Source of the DNA: an uncultured Gammaproteobacteria bacterium
GTDB taxonomy: Bacteria > Patescibacteriota > Microgenomatia > UBA8517
Direction of reading: 5' to 3'
Length of the DNA: 64,000 nt
Assembly: GCA_964583685.1 (NCBI GenBank)
Contig: CAZOVJ010000001.1
Coordinates: 132,033 to 196,032, forward strand
Part shown: positions 29,738 through 39,507 of the stretch, in pieces
Layout of the letters: each line of letters opens with the position of its first letter
Position numbering within the stretch: position 1 is the stretch's first letter
Position numbers and translations under genes: made by a program
The notes under the pieces: model-generated
Seen by the model: the letters and a program-made list of their open reading frames with translations, nothing else
What the model was told of the DNA's origin: nothing
Databases searched by the model: none

Positions 29738-31489
29738 ATGGCTGTCCCTACTGCCCAGGCTTCTTCTATTCAGACAAATGGAGAACCGGAGGCTTCAACC
29801 TTAGCTGACATTTTGGTTTCCCAGAAAGCACTTTCTTCTAAGAGGGCAAAACAGTTGAAGTTAGCTGAGCTGCAAACAGGTAAACCCCAGGAGGATATTG
29901 TTAAAGAACAAAATCTAGTTTCAGAAAAGGAACTGGTTCGGGCTAAGGCTACTCTTTACAATGTGCCTTATGTGGATTTGAGTTCAACGCCGGTTAACCC
30001 TGATGCCCTTTCTGTTCTACCTCAAGAGGTGGCCAAGCGCTTCCAGGTTTTTCCCATTAATCTTGAGCGAACGACCAAGGAGCTCTTTTTGGCCATGGCT
30101 GATCCCCTGAACCTGACAGCTATTGAGTTTGTTGAGCAAAAAACAGGATTCAGGGTCAAGCCCCGAGCGGCAGAACCTTTAAAAATTCAGGATTTTATCG
30201 CCACCCGTTACACTACCTCTCTATCCCAGGAAGTAACAGCAGCCTTAAAAGAGGTTGCTCCAGAAAGAGAAAAGATCAAGACCTTGGATGTAACTACACG
30301 GACAGGTTTGATTAGACAGGAAAAGATAAGTGAAGTGGTCACTCATGTTTTGGATTTTGCTGTTCGTGCCCGGGCCTCAGATATTCACATTGAGCCTCAA
30401 GAGAAATCAACCAGGGTACGCTATCGAATTGATGGAATTCTTCAAGAAAAACTGACTATTCCTAGAGAACTGCATGATGCCCTTGTTTCCAGAATTAAGA
30501 TTCTTTCGGGGATGAAGATTGATGAGAAAAGAATCCCCCAGGACGGAAGGTTTAATTTCAAAACAGCTGATGAAGAAGTTGACCTTAGGGTTTCAGACTT
30601 ACCGACTTCTTGGGGAGAAAAGATTGTTATGAGACTTTTGAAAAAGACAGGCGGTATTCCTGATTTACCTAAGTTAGGTTTAAGAGGAGTAGCCTTGAAG
30701 AATCTTCAAGAGTCAATTTTGAGGCCACATGGGATTATTATCATTTGCGGGCCAACTGGTTCTGGCAAGACAACTACTCTTTATTCTTTAATTCAGAGAC
30801 TGAATACAGGCAAGGTAAATATTATTACTCTAGAAGACCCGATTGAATATAAAGTCCCCGGGGTTAATCAGGTTCAGGTCAATCCGGCTGTTGGTTTAAC
30901 CTTTGCTTCTGGCCTGCGGTCTTTTTTGCGACAAGACCCAAATATTATTCTGGTCGGCGAGATTCGTGACCAGGAAACAGCTGATTTGGCGATTCAGGCA
31001 TCTTTAACCGGACACTTAGTTTTTTCGACATTACACACCAATGATGCTTCTGGTGCTCTTCCCCGCCTTCTTGATATGCAGGCCGAGCCTTTTCTTTTGG
31101 CCTCATCAATGAGTGCTGTTGTTGCCCAGAGAGTCCTAAGACGGATTGATGAAAAAACAAGAGAGGCTTATACGCCTGACCCTAAAATCGTCGAGGACAT
31201 TAAAAATATTTTAGGCCCTCTTTGGCCAGACAACAGACCAATAAAGCTTTATCGGGGCAAACCGACTCCTGAAAATAATAACTCGGGCTATTTAGGAAGA
31301 ATTGGAATTTTTGAAGTACTGCCTGTTAGCGAGAAAATAGCCAGGTTAATACTTGAGCGTTCGCCGGCTTCTGCCATTGAAAAAAAGGCTCGTGAAGAGG
31401 GAATGATTACCTTGAAGCAGGACGGCTATTTGAAGGTGCTTGAAGGAGTAACAACTGTCGAGGAAGTTTTGCGAGTAGCCCAGGAGTAA
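29738..31489 (+). CDS. pilB: Type IV pilus assembly ATPase
   Basis: ASDIHIEP, PQDGR, GPTGSGKTT, LRQDPNIILVGEIRD, TGHLVFSTLH. Confidence 0.95.
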   Translation: MAVPTAQASSIQTNGEPEASTLADILVSQKALSSKRAKQLKLAELQTGKPQEDIVKEQNLVSEKELVRAKATLYNVPYVDLSSTPVNPDALSVLPQEVAKRFQVFPINLERTTKELFLAMADPLNLTAIEFVEQKTGFRVKPRAAEPLKIQDFIATRYTTSLSQEVTAALKEVAPEREKIKTLDVTTRTGLIRQEKISEVVTHVLDFAVRARASDIHIEPQEKSTRVRYRIDGILQEKLTIPRELHDALVSRIKILSGMKIDEKRIPQDGRFNFKTADEEVDLRVSDLPTSWGEKIVMRLLKKTGGIPDLPKLGLRGVALKNLQESILRPHGIIIICGPTGSGKTTTLYSLIQRLNTGKVNIITLEDPIEYKVPGVNQVQVNPAVGLTFASGLRSFLRQDPNIILVGEIRDQETADLAIQASLTGHLVFSTLHTNDASGALPRLLDMQAEPFLLASSMSAVVAQRVLRRIDEKTREAYTPDPKIVEDIKNILGPLWPDNRPIKLYRGKPTPENNNSGYLGRIGIFEVLPVSEKIARLILERSPASAIEKKAREEGMITLKQDGYLKVLEGVTTVEEVLRVAQE

Positions 31490-31490
31490 A

Positions 31491-32561
31491 ATGAATAGCA
31501 AGCAATTACTGCAGTTAACAATTGACAGAAATGCCTCAGATTTACACTTGCTGGTTGGCATTCCCCCTACCCTACGTATTGATGGAAAACTATGGCAGGT
31601 TCCCAATGAGGGAGTTTTGACACCGGAATCAATTGCCAATCTTTTAAAAGAGGTAATGAATTCTCAACAATTGCAGCGACTTTTACTTAATAAAGAACTG
31701 GATTTCTCTCTTTCTTTTTCTGAAAAGGCCCGCTTTAGGGTTAATGCTTATACTCAAAAAGGTTCCCACGCCGCCTCTTTTAGAAAAATACCTTTGGTAA
31801 TTCCCAACATTGATTTTCTCAAGCTTCCCAAGATTTTGCATTCTTTTACTGCTCTTCGTCAGGGATTTGTTTTAGTAACCGGGCCAACTGGTCATGGCAA
31901 GTCAACTACTTTGGCAGCAATGCTCAATGAGATAAATCTTAACCGAGCCGTGCATATAGTTACCATTGAGGACCCGATTGAATTTATTTTCCAGCCACAA
32001 AAGGCCATTATCACTCAGCGTGAGATGCACGAAGATACTCATTCTTGGACTGTGGCTTTACGCTCAGTCTTGCGTGAAGACCCGAATGTAGTTCTGGTTG
32101 GCGAGATGAGAGATTATGAGACGATTTCTTCTGCCTTGACCGTGGCCGAGACAGGCCATTTGGTTTTTGCTACCCTGCACACAAATTCTGCTGCTCAGAC
32201 GGTTGATAGGGTGGTTGATGTTTTTCCTGAAGAACAGCAAGACCAGGTAAAACTGCAACTTTCAAATGTTTTACAAGCAGTCTTTTCCATGAGGTTAGTC
32301 CCGGCAATTGGTGGTGGAAGGGTTGTTGGCTACGAAGTTATGCTGGGAACGACAGCAATAAAAACAGCTATTAGGGAGGGTAAAAGCCACCAGATAGATT
32401 CCATTATTCAGACATCAGCTGAGATTGGCATGAGAAACCTAGAAGGTTCTTTAGCAGAATTGGTTAAAGGAGGGCAGATAACAGTGGATGACGCCCAGAA
32501 TTGGTCAATCAGGCCTGAAGAATTAAACAGACTTATTCGCGGCGATAGAATGAAGGTATGA
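31491..32561 (+). CDS. pilT: Type IV pilus retraction ATPase
   Basis: ASDLHL, GPTGHGKST, LREDP, AETGHL, AIKTAIREGK. Confidence 0.95.
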   Translation: MNSKQLLQLTIDRNASDLHLLVGIPPTLRIDGKLWQVPNEGVLTPESIANLLKEVMNSQQLQRLLLNKELDFSLSFSEKARFRVNAYTQKGSHAASFRKIPLVIPNIDFLKLPKILHSFTALRQGFVLVTGPTGHGKSTTLAAMLNEINLNRAVHIVTIEDPIEFIFQPQKAIITQREMHEDTHSWTVALRSVLREDPNVVLVGEMRDYETISSALTVAETGHLVFATLHTNSAAQTVDRVVDVFPEEQQDQVKLQLSNVLQAVFSMRLVPAIGGGRVVGYEVMLGTTAIKTAIREGKSHQIDSIIQTSAEIGMRNLEGSLAELVKGGQITVDDAQNWSIRPEELNRLIRGDRMKV

Positions 32562-33763
32562 AGAGATTTATTTATAAGGCGAAGAATAAGGAAGGTAAAA
32601 CTGTAAAGGGAGAGGTTGAGGCTTCAAATGCGAATTATGCAGCCAAGCTGGTACGAAAGCGTGGTTTGTTGGTTCTGAATATAAGACCAGCAAGGCAAGG
32701 TATTTTTAGCTTAATCAAAAAAATGCGTTCTCGGATAACCACTTCCGAGATCGCTGCCTTTACCAGACAGCTTTCAACAATGATTAATGCTGGATTGCCA
32801 ATTACTGAATCTTTATCTATTCTTCGTATGCAATCCAAGACCTCTCTTCAGCCGGTTGTTACTCAGATATTGGCTGATGTTGAAGGAGGAGAATCTTTGT
32901 CAAAAACTTTGACTAAGCATCCGAAAATTTTTTCACCCACCTATGTTGCCTTGATTAAGGCCGGTGAAACAGGTGGTGTTTTGGACAAGGTTTTACTCAG
33001 GCTGGCGGATAATTTGGAAAAGCAACAGGAGTTTAGGGGTAAAGTTAAAGGTGCCCTGATTTATCCTTTGATTGTTATTGTAGGAATGGTTGTTGTTTCC
33101 TTGATTATGATTATTTTTGTCATTCCTAAGTTAATGTCTTTATATTCGGATCTTAATGCTGAGTTACCCTTGCCCACAAAGATTTTGATGGCTATTTCTT
33201 CGATGCTTCTGAGATTTTGGCCCTTAATAGTTTTACTTCTGGGATTAGCCTTTTTGGGTTTTAGAGAATATCGAAAAACTTCTCGAGGTAGAAGAGAAAC
33301 GGATAAATTGGCATACAAAGTCCCTATTATAGGGAAACTTCAGCATCAAGTTGTTTTGGCGGAGCTGACAAGAACCTTGGGTCTGATGGTTGGTTCAGGA
33401 GTGGCAATCCTTGAGGGTTTGAATGTAACGGCAGGAGTTGTTGCCAATACTCTTATATCTGATGCTCTAAGGGATGCGGCCAAGCAAGTTGAGAAAGGTT
33501 TTCCCATTGCCTACTCTTTTGCCAAACACCCCCAAGCATTTCCCTATATTCTTTCCCAGATGGTTGCTGTTGGAGAGGAAACAGGCAAGATGGAGGAGGT
33601 TTTGTTTAAGGTTTCTAGAATTTTTGAGATGGAGAGCGAACAGAAAGTAAAGGGTTTAACCGCGGCCATTGAACCTTTGGTGATGATTATTTTGGGCTTG
33701 GGAGTAGGTTTTTTGGTGATTTCAGTAATTTTGCCGATTTATAACTTGACAAGTCAATTTTAA
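32558..33763 (+). CDS. pilC: Type IV pilus platform protein
   Basis: FTRQLSTM, AGETGG, YP, VGEETG, IEP. Confidence 0.95.
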   Translation: MKRFIYKAKNKEGKTVKGEVEASNANYAAKLVRKRGLLVLNIRPARQGIFSLIKKMRSRITTSEIAAFTRQLSTMINAGLPITESLSILRMQSKTSLQPVVTQILADVEGGESLSKTLTKHPKIFSPTYVALIKAGETGGVLDKVLLRLADNLEKQQEFRGKVKGALIYPLIVIVGMVVVSLIMIIFVIPKLMSLYSDLNAELPLPTKILMAISSMLLRFWPLIVLLLGLAFLGFREYRKTSRGRRETDKLAYKVPIIGKLQHQVVLAELTRTLGLMVGSGVAILEGLNVTAGVVANTLISDALRDAAKQVEKGFPIAYSFAKHPQAFPYILSQMVAVGEETGKMEEVLFKVSRIFEMESEQKVKGLTAAIEPLVMIILGLGVGFLVISVILPIYNLTSQF

Positions 33764-33800
33764 AAACTGATACTGAAATGAAAGGAGGTGATTACGAATA

Positions 33801-34391
33801 ATGCGTGAAAAGGGTTTTACCTTGGTTGAGCTTCTAATTGTTATTGCCCTGCTTGGGGTAATTGCCATGATTGTTATTGCCGCTATCAATCCAATTGAAC
33901 AGGCCAACAGAGCCAGAGATACAAGGATTAAATCAGATGCCTCTCAGTTAATCTCGGCAATTGACCGCTATTTTGCTGCTTCTGAGCAGTTTCCTTGGGT
34001 GGTTGTCGGTGAAGCGGATAGCAATGACGCTGAATATGGGTTTGTTAATTCTAATACCCCCGGAGTTGGTCTTTGTGCAGATGGGCCAACTTGTGGTGAG
34101 GATGGGTTATTAATTAGTACCAACGAATTGAGAACAGAGTTCAGAAGGCGGGATTTTACCACGGCAACGGAACCAGATAGACTATTGTTTATTGGCAAGG
34201 GTGCGGGAACATCTGAGTCGGTTTATGCTTGTTTTATACCCACATCAAAAGCAATAAGAAGCAAGGCAGTGACAGACGGTAATGTTTATACAATAAGTCT
34301 AGTAGACGGCACAAGAGCTCAAACTGATATTTGCGATCTTGATGATGCAGATTGGGTTGACAGTCTTTGCTACACTTGCGTTCCTGAGTAA
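33801..34391 (+). CDS. Type IV pilin, probable major pilin
   Basis: G|FTLVELL class III signal; strong SD AAAGGAGGTGA; AINP..Q. Confidence 0.85.
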   Translation: MREKGFTLVELLIVIALLGVIAMIVIAAINPIEQANRARDTRIKSDASQLISAIDRYFAASEQFPWVVVGEADSNDAEYGFVNSNTPGVGLCADGPTCGEDGLLISTNELRTEFRRRDFTTATEPDRLLFIGKGAGTSESVYACFIPTSKAIRSKAVTDGNVYTISLVDGTRAQTDICDLDDADWVDSLCYTCVPE

Positions 34392-34400
34392 AAAGCTCTT

Positions 34401-35180
34401 ATGAATTTTATTCTTTTGGCTGTTTTTGGCTTAGTTATTGGTTCTTTTTTGGGGGCTTTTAGCTGGCGATTACCCAGAGGAATAAAAATAGTTTTTACTC
34501 GTTCCCAATGTCCGAACTGTAAACATAAGCTTAGCTGGTTTGATAATATTCCTCTTATTTCTTTTTTCTTGCTTAAAGGGAAATGTAGATATTGTCATAA
34601 AAAAATTTCCTGGCGTTACCCTTTAATTGAAATAACCACAGCCACTATATTTGTAGCTGTGGTTAGCTTCCCAAATTTATTGAGTCAAAATATTGCTTGG
34701 CTGGAAAATTTGACTTTTCTCAGAATTCCCTTTTTCTTGTTCTTTTTCTCTCTTTTGATTCTTATCTTTGTTATTGATTTTGAGCAACAAATTATTCCTG
34801 ACCCATTGGTTTTTGGGGGACTGGGAATTTGTTTTTTCTATTTGTTTTTAATAGATTCTTCCTTTCTTTATACTTATCTTTTAGCTGGATGCGGCGCGGC
34901 TGTCTTTTTGTTGCTTATTCATTTGTTTACTCAAGGAAAGGGAATGGGCTTGGGAGATGTCAAACTTTCAATTTTAATGGCTAGTGTTTTGGGGATAAAA
35001 AATACTCTTGTCTGGCTTTTTCTTGCTTTTTTGATAGGGGGCCTGGTTGCCAGTTTACTGCTCTTAAGCAAGAAGAAACATTTGGGTGAAAAGGTTGCTT
35101 TTGCTCCTTTTCTTGTTATATCTTTTATTATTACCGCTTTTTTGGGTGTTGATTTACAAACATGGTTTCTCGCTTTTTGA
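34401..35180 (+). CDS. pilD: Prepilin peptidase
   Basis: GSFL, CPNC...CRYC, ID...IPD, MGLGDVK, FAPF. Confidence 0.95.
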   Translation: MNFILLAVFGLVIGSFLGAFSWRLPRGIKIVFTRSQCPNCKHKLSWFDNIPLISFFLLKGKCRYCHKKISWRYPLIEITTATIFVAVVSFPNLLSQNIAWLENLTFLRIPFFLFFFSLLILIFVIDFEQQIIPDPLVFGGLGICFFYLFLIDSSFLYTYLLAGCGAAVFLLLIHLFTQGKGMGLGDVKLSILMASVLGIKNTLVWLFLAFLIGGLVASLLLLSKKKHLGEKVAFAPFLVISFIITAFLGVDLQTWFLAF

Positions 35181-35887
35181 GACAAAAAAATTTTACTTGT
35201 GCAGCCAGGCCCGCCTGCCGGCAGGCAGGTCTGCCTCGTCGACCGGCGGGTGTCACCTTAACAGAATTATTGATTATAGTTTCAATTATCAGCATCTTGG
35301 CTGTTATTGCCATTTCTCTTTTAGCCAGTCAGATTTTTAAGGGCAATGATGCCAAAAGAAAAACAGAAGTGCGACGCATTCAGGTCGCGGTTGAAGAATA
35401 CGAAAAAGACCATGAGTGTTATCCCCTTCCTCAATATGTTGTTTGCAAGCCTGGAACTGGCTTAAAGCCCTACATTTCTAAGATTCCCTGTGACCCTGTG
35501 ACCGGCGGCTCGTATGTTTATGAACATGCAGATGATACCTGTCCAAGCTGGTATAGAATTTATGTCAGGTTGGAGAATGAGGCTGATCCAGATATTGAAG
35601 AGTTGGAATGTACTTATGGTTGTGGTCCCGGTTTTGCTTATAATTATTATGTTTCTAGTCCCAATGCTCCGGCTCCAGCGAGAGCGACTGCTCCCCTACC
35701 AAGTGGAGACGGAGACGGAGGAGACGGAGGAGACGGAGAAGTTTTTTATGGCTGTTTTGGTGGGGTTTGTACCATGATTTCCTGGGACCCGGAACGGCCT
35801 GGCCCGGAATGCGACCCCAATTTTCAAAACCCGACTTGTTATGGTCAATGCGGTCCAGCGGAAGTAGAGTGTCAGCCATGGCAATGA
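35177..35887 (+). CDS. Type IV pilin-like protein with Cys-rich C-terminal extension
   Basis: G|VTLTELL; DAKRK; REP in leader; GDG repeats; TTG start overlaps pilD stop. Confidence 0.85.
   Translation: MRQKNFTCAARPACRQAGLPRRPAGVTLTELLIIVSIISILAVIAISLLASQIFKGNDAKRKTEVRRIQVAVEEYEKDHECYPLPQYVVCKPGTGLKPYISKIPCDPVTGGSYVYEHADDTCPSWYRIYVRLENEADPDIEELECTYGCGPGFAYNYYVSSPNAPAPARATAPLPSGDGDGGDGGDGEVFYGCFGGVCTMISWDPERPGPECDPNFQNPTCYGQCGPAEVECQPWQ
35210..35250. repeat. REP-like palindrome pair in prepilin leader
   Basis: CCCGCCTGCCGGCAGGCAGG followed by TCTGCCTCGTCGACCGGCGGG. Confidence 0.7.
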
Positions 35888-36429
35888 AATGCTTTGGTTT
35901 TAGTAAACGAGAGATAGTTGGGCTGGGTTCAATCTTATTGATTATCTTTTGCGCCACTGCTCTCAATCTTCGAGTTTCTATAAGAAAAGGTAGAGATAGC
36001 CAGAGAAAAGCAGATTTGAGAAGGATAAGTGATGTTTTAGGAGAATATAATCAGGATTTTGGCATTTTCCCCTTTTCCGATAAAGGCCGAATAGTTGCTT
36101 GTGTATCTCCTGAAGGTGAGCTAGATGAGCAAGGCAAACCGATTTTAGTACCCTGTGAATGGGCGTTCGATGGCATCTCTCCTTATATAGAGGCTCTTCC
36201 TTCAGACATTCATCATGGCCAGGGGGCCCGCTATTATTATCTTTCTAATGGAAAAAGATTTCAGATTTATGCTTCCTTAGAAAGTAGTACTGAACCCGAA
36301 TATGACCCTAAAATTGTTGCTAGAAATCTAGCTTGTGGCAACAGGGTTTGTAATTTTGGCTTGGCCTTGGGGAAAACTCCTCTTGATAAATCCATCGAAG
36401 AATATGAAAATGAGATGAGAGATCAATAA
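35884..36429 (+). CDS. Pilin-like protein with non-canonical N-terminus
   Basis: G|FSKREIVGL, RDSQRKADL, FQIYASLE; ATGA overlap with upstream gene. Confidence 0.8.
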   Translation: MKCFGFSKREIVGLGSILLIIFCATALNLRVSIRKGRDSQRKADLRRISDVLGEYNQDFGIFPFSDKGRIVACVSPEGELDEQGKPILVPCEWAFDGISPYIEALPSDIHHGQGARYYYLSNGKRFQIYASLESSTEPEYDPKIVARNLACGNRVCNFGLALGKTPLDKSIEEYENEMRDQ

Positions 36430-36450
36430 GCGATAAGAGATAAGTAAAAA

Positions 36451-36924
36451 GTGATAAGTAAAAAATCAAAATTAACAGGTTTTACCTTAATTGAGCTTTT
36501 GGTGGTTGTTGCCTTGATTGGCATCTTGTCCACCTTGCTTTTGGCCAATTTTAATGCGGCCAGGCAAAGAAGCCGGGATACCCAAAGAAAGAGTGATATG
36601 AGGAACACTCAGACAGCTCTGCGACTCTATTATAATGATTTGGGTGCTTTTCCTGAAGGCAGTGACAGTGGCCAAATTATGGGTTGTGGTAGTGATGGAA
36701 CAGCTCTTTGTGATTGGGGTGAAGAATGGTCTGTTGGCTCAACAGTCTATATGTCCAGTTTAGTCAAGGATCCTATTCCTTCCCTGGTTTATAAGTATGT
36801 TCAGATAGATTTAGATACTTATACTCTTCAAGCCTGTTTGGAGAATAAGAGTGATGATAAAGGCCAGACGACTAGCGATACTGATTGGTGTCCGAGCGGC
36901 TGGATGTACCAGGTCCAACCATAA
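36451..36924 (+). CDS. Type IV pilin-like protein
   Basis: G|FTLIELL, RDTQRKSD, ACLEN. Confidence 0.9.
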   Translation: MISKKSKLTGFTLIELLVVVALIGILSTLLLANFNAARQRSRDTQRKSDMRNTQTALRLYYNDLGAFPEGSDSGQIMGCGSDGTALCDWGEEWSVGSTVYMSSLVKDPIPSLVYKYVQIDLDTYTLQACLENKSDDKGQTTSDTDWCPSGWMYQVQP

Positions 36925-36943
36925 TCAAAAATCAAAAATCAAA

Positions 36944-37534
36944 ATGCAAAAATCAAAAATGTTTGGAACTTGGAACTTGTCCCGCAAAACGGGATCCCGC
37001 CCTGCGGGAGAATTTGGGAATTCCCGACCCCAGTTGGGCTTTACCCTAGTTGAGTTGTTGATAGTGATGGCAATACTGGGTATTTTGGCAACATTAGTAG
37101 TAGGTGGATTTCGGACTGCTCAAATGAGAGGTCGAGACGCCCGGAGGAAAAGTGATCTTAAGCAAATTGGCCAAGCCTTAGAAATGTTTTTCTCTGATTA
37201 TAAACAATATCCGGATGACTCAGGTGGATTGATAATGGCTTGTCCCTATGACCCAGATGGAAGTACCGCCTGTAATTGGGGTTTAGGAGAATTTACGGAT
37301 GGGAAAACTGTGTATTTCAAAGTAACTCCGTGTGATCCCATTCCTTCCCTGGCTTATTTTTACCGAATTGTAGACCCCCCCAATAACCAGAAATTTCAAC
37401 TCTTTGCCAGAATAGAAAATCCGCGAGACAAAAATTGCCTGGAAGGTGACTGTAGCTACCCTTCTGGTTATTCTTGTGGTGTGTCAATTTGTAACTTTGC
37501 TATTGCCAGTCCGAATACAACACCGATGGAATAA
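36944..37534 (+). CDS. Type IV pilin-like protein
   Basis: G|FTLVELL, RDARRKSDL; long repeat-derived leader. Confidence 0.9.
   Translation: MQKSKMFGTWNLSRKTGSRPAGEFGNSRPQLGFTLVELLIVMAILGILATLVVGGFRTAQMRGRDARRKSDLKQIGQALEMFFSDYKQYPDDSGGLIMACPYDPDGSTACNWGLGEFTDGKTVYFKVTPCDPIPSLAYFYRIVDPPNNQKFQLFARIENPRDKNCLEGDCSYPSGYSCGVSICNFAIASPNTTPME
36980..37009. repeat. REP-like double hairpin in prepilin leader
   Basis: TCCCGCAAAACGGGA-TCCCGCCCTGCGGGA. Confidence 0.7.
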
Positions 37535-37552
37535 TGCAATGACCAATGCCAA

Positions 37553-38026
37553 ATGATAAATGAAGGAAGGGGATTTACTCTTGTTGAGCTCTTGGTGGTT
37601 ATTTCCATTATTGGCGTTTTGGCTTCTTTGGTTATGATTTCCTTTACCAGTAGCCAAAAACAGGCAAGAGATACCCAGAGAAAGTCGGATATTAGACAAT
37701 ATCAAAATGCCCTGGAAAATTTTGCTAATAAAAACAATGGTTTTTATCCTTCTCGCAATGATGATTCCGGTGTTTCTTGCCCCAGTAGTTTGTGCTCTGA
37801 CCTGGGAATTTCCAGCTGCCCAGAAGATCCAAGAAACTCAAGGGATGATAGTTTTGTTTATAGATATCAATCAGATGGAAGCGGTTCGGGAGCAATTGAT
37901 GGTATAAAATATGTTTTGTGGTTGAGACTGGAAAATAAAGATAGCTATTGGGCTATTTGTTCTGATGGCCGGATAGGAGAGGTAAGCTCTGGTATTCCTC
38001 CTTCCGGAGGAACCTGCCCACTGTGA
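37553..38026 (+). CDS. Type IV pilin-like protein
   Basis: G|FTLVELL, RDTQRKSDI. Confidence 0.9.
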   Translation: MINEGRGFTLVELLVVISIIGVLASLVMISFTSSQKQARDTQRKSDIRQYQNALENFANKNNGFYPSRNDDSGVSCPSSLCSDLGISSCPEDPRNSRDDSFVYRYQSDGSGSGAIDGIKYVLWLRLENKDSYWAICSDGRIGEVSSGIPPSGGTCPL

Positions 38027-38030
38027 AACA

Positions 38031-38525
38031 ATGAGCAATGATAAATGGCCAATGACAAAAGGGAAAAGTGGCCTGCCTCGCCGGCAGGCAGGCTTTACTT
38101 TAGTTGAGCTCTTGGTAGTTATTTCCATACTTGGCATCTTATTCGCTTTGTCTGCTTTTGGGCTTCAGGGTGTACGGGAAAGTGCCCGCAATTCTCAAAG
38201 AAAAAGCGATTTGGAATTCATTCGGGCTGGAATAGAGACTTATAAAGCTGATTGTGATATTTACCCAACAGCTCCCCTTCCCTCTCCTCCTGGATCTCTT
38301 GTCGGCGACGATTCAACAGAAAATTGCCTTTCATCGAATACTTATATTTCAGAAGTTCCGACTGATCCTCAATCTCCAACTAGGGACTATAGTTATTTTC
38401 AAACGGATTCTGGGTTTGGCTATGAAGTCTGCGCCAGTCTGGAAGGAGAATCCGGTAGTGTTAGCTGTGGCGGGTCAAGTAGTTGCGGTAATTCAACCTG
38501 TAATTATAGGGTGACCAATCCCTGA
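38031..38525 (+). CDS. Type IV pilin-like protein
   Basis: G|FTLVELL, RNSQRKSDL, PTDP, CASLE. Confidence 0.9.
   Translation: MSNDKWPMTKGKSGLPRRQAGFTLVELLVVISILGILFALSAFGLQGVRESARNSQRKSDLEFIRAGIETYKADCDIYPTAPLPSPPGSLVGDDSTENCLSSNTYISEVPTDPQSPTRDYSYFQTDSGFGYEVCASLEGESGSVSCGGSSSCGNSTCNYRVTNP
38070..38093. repeat. REP-like palindrome in prepilin leader
   Basis: GGCCTGCCTCGCCGGCAGGCAGGC. Confidence 0.7.
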
Positions 38526-38529
38526 GTTA

Positions 38530-39036
38530 ATGAGAAGGATTATACTGTCCACCGGTCACTGTTCACCATTCACCAGTCTTGGCTATACCCTAATTGAAAT
38601 TCTTGTTGGATTGGTTGTTGTTGGTCTTCTTTTTGCTGTTGGTTATATTGGCTATAGAGGTTTTAGCCGACGCCAGGTAGTTGTTTCTGCGGTTCGTGCT
38701 TTAAGAAAGGATTTACGTCTTGCTCAAGGCCAGGTTTTGGCCGGTAAAAAGCCGACTGAATGTAGTGGTACTCTTAGCAGTTATAATTTTAGAGTGGTTG
38801 GTGCCTCTGAATATGTTATTGAATCAATTTGTGGTGAAGAAAGTTTTTTAATAAAAGATGTTTTTCTTTCCTCCGACCTTTCAATGGCGACCCCCAGTAT
38901 TAACCCGATTGTTTTTAAGTCAGTTGCTCAGGGAACGAATATTCCTTTAGGGGCGGTGGTAACTATAACCATTACTCAAAAAGAAACGGCTAATACAGGT
39001 TCGGTTTTAGTTGGACCGGGAGGAGATATCAGGTGA
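38530..39036 (+). CDS. Minor pilin (FimT/GspH-like)
   Basis: G|YTLIEIL, DLRLAQ. Confidence 0.8.
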   Translation: MRRIILSTGHCSPFTSLGYTLIEILVGLVVVGLLFAVGYIGYRGFSRRQVVVSAVRALRKDLRLAQGQVLAGKKPTECSGTLSSYNFRVVGASEYVIESICGEESFLIKDVFLSSDLSMATPSINPIVFKSVAQGTNIPLGAVVTITITQKETANTGSVLVGPGGDIR

Positions 39037-39500
39037 GAAATTCAAAATTCAAAATTCAAAATTCATCTGGACAGTCTCTTTTTGAAACAGTTTTGGCCAT
39101 AGCCATTGTGGTTATGATTTTGACGGCCTTGGCAGCTCTGGCAACTACTGCTGTCAGGAATGCCGCCTTTTCTAAAAACAAGACTTTGTCAACAAGGTTG
39201 GCTCAGGAGGCCACAGAATGGTTAAGGGGAGAAAGAGATAAAGATTGGGATTTTTTCACCACAAAGGCGATGGTACCAAAATGGTGTTTAGCCAGTCTTT
39301 CCTGGACCGAGGCAAAAATTGGTTCGTGTGGTGAGGGAGATATTGTTGGCAATACCGTTTTCAAACGGGAGGTAATCTTTGTTCCCGATATCCTTGATCC
39401 TGATACGATTGAAGCGAGGGTAGAAGTTTCTTGGTCTGATTCTCAAGGTTCTCATCAAACAAGAGCGTCTACCTATTTTACAAATTGGATGAGTCAATAA
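39033..39500 (+). CDS. Minor pilin (PilV-like)
   Basis: G|QSLFETV, LAQEATE, VEVSW. Confidence 0.8.
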   Translation: MRNSKFKIQNSSGQSLFETVLAIAIVVMILTALAALATTAVRNAAFSKNKTLSTRLAQEATEWLRGERDKDWDFFTTKAMVPKWCLASLSWTEAKIGSCGEGDIVGNTVFKREVIFVPDILDPDTIEARVEVSWSDSQGSHQTRASTYFTNWMSQ

Positions 39501-39507
39501 AAAAACA

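Noticed and set aside
35703-35738. GGAGAC repeats as a mobile or regulatory repeat
   Set aside because: Units of 6 and 9 nt encode a Gly/Asp linker and preserve frame
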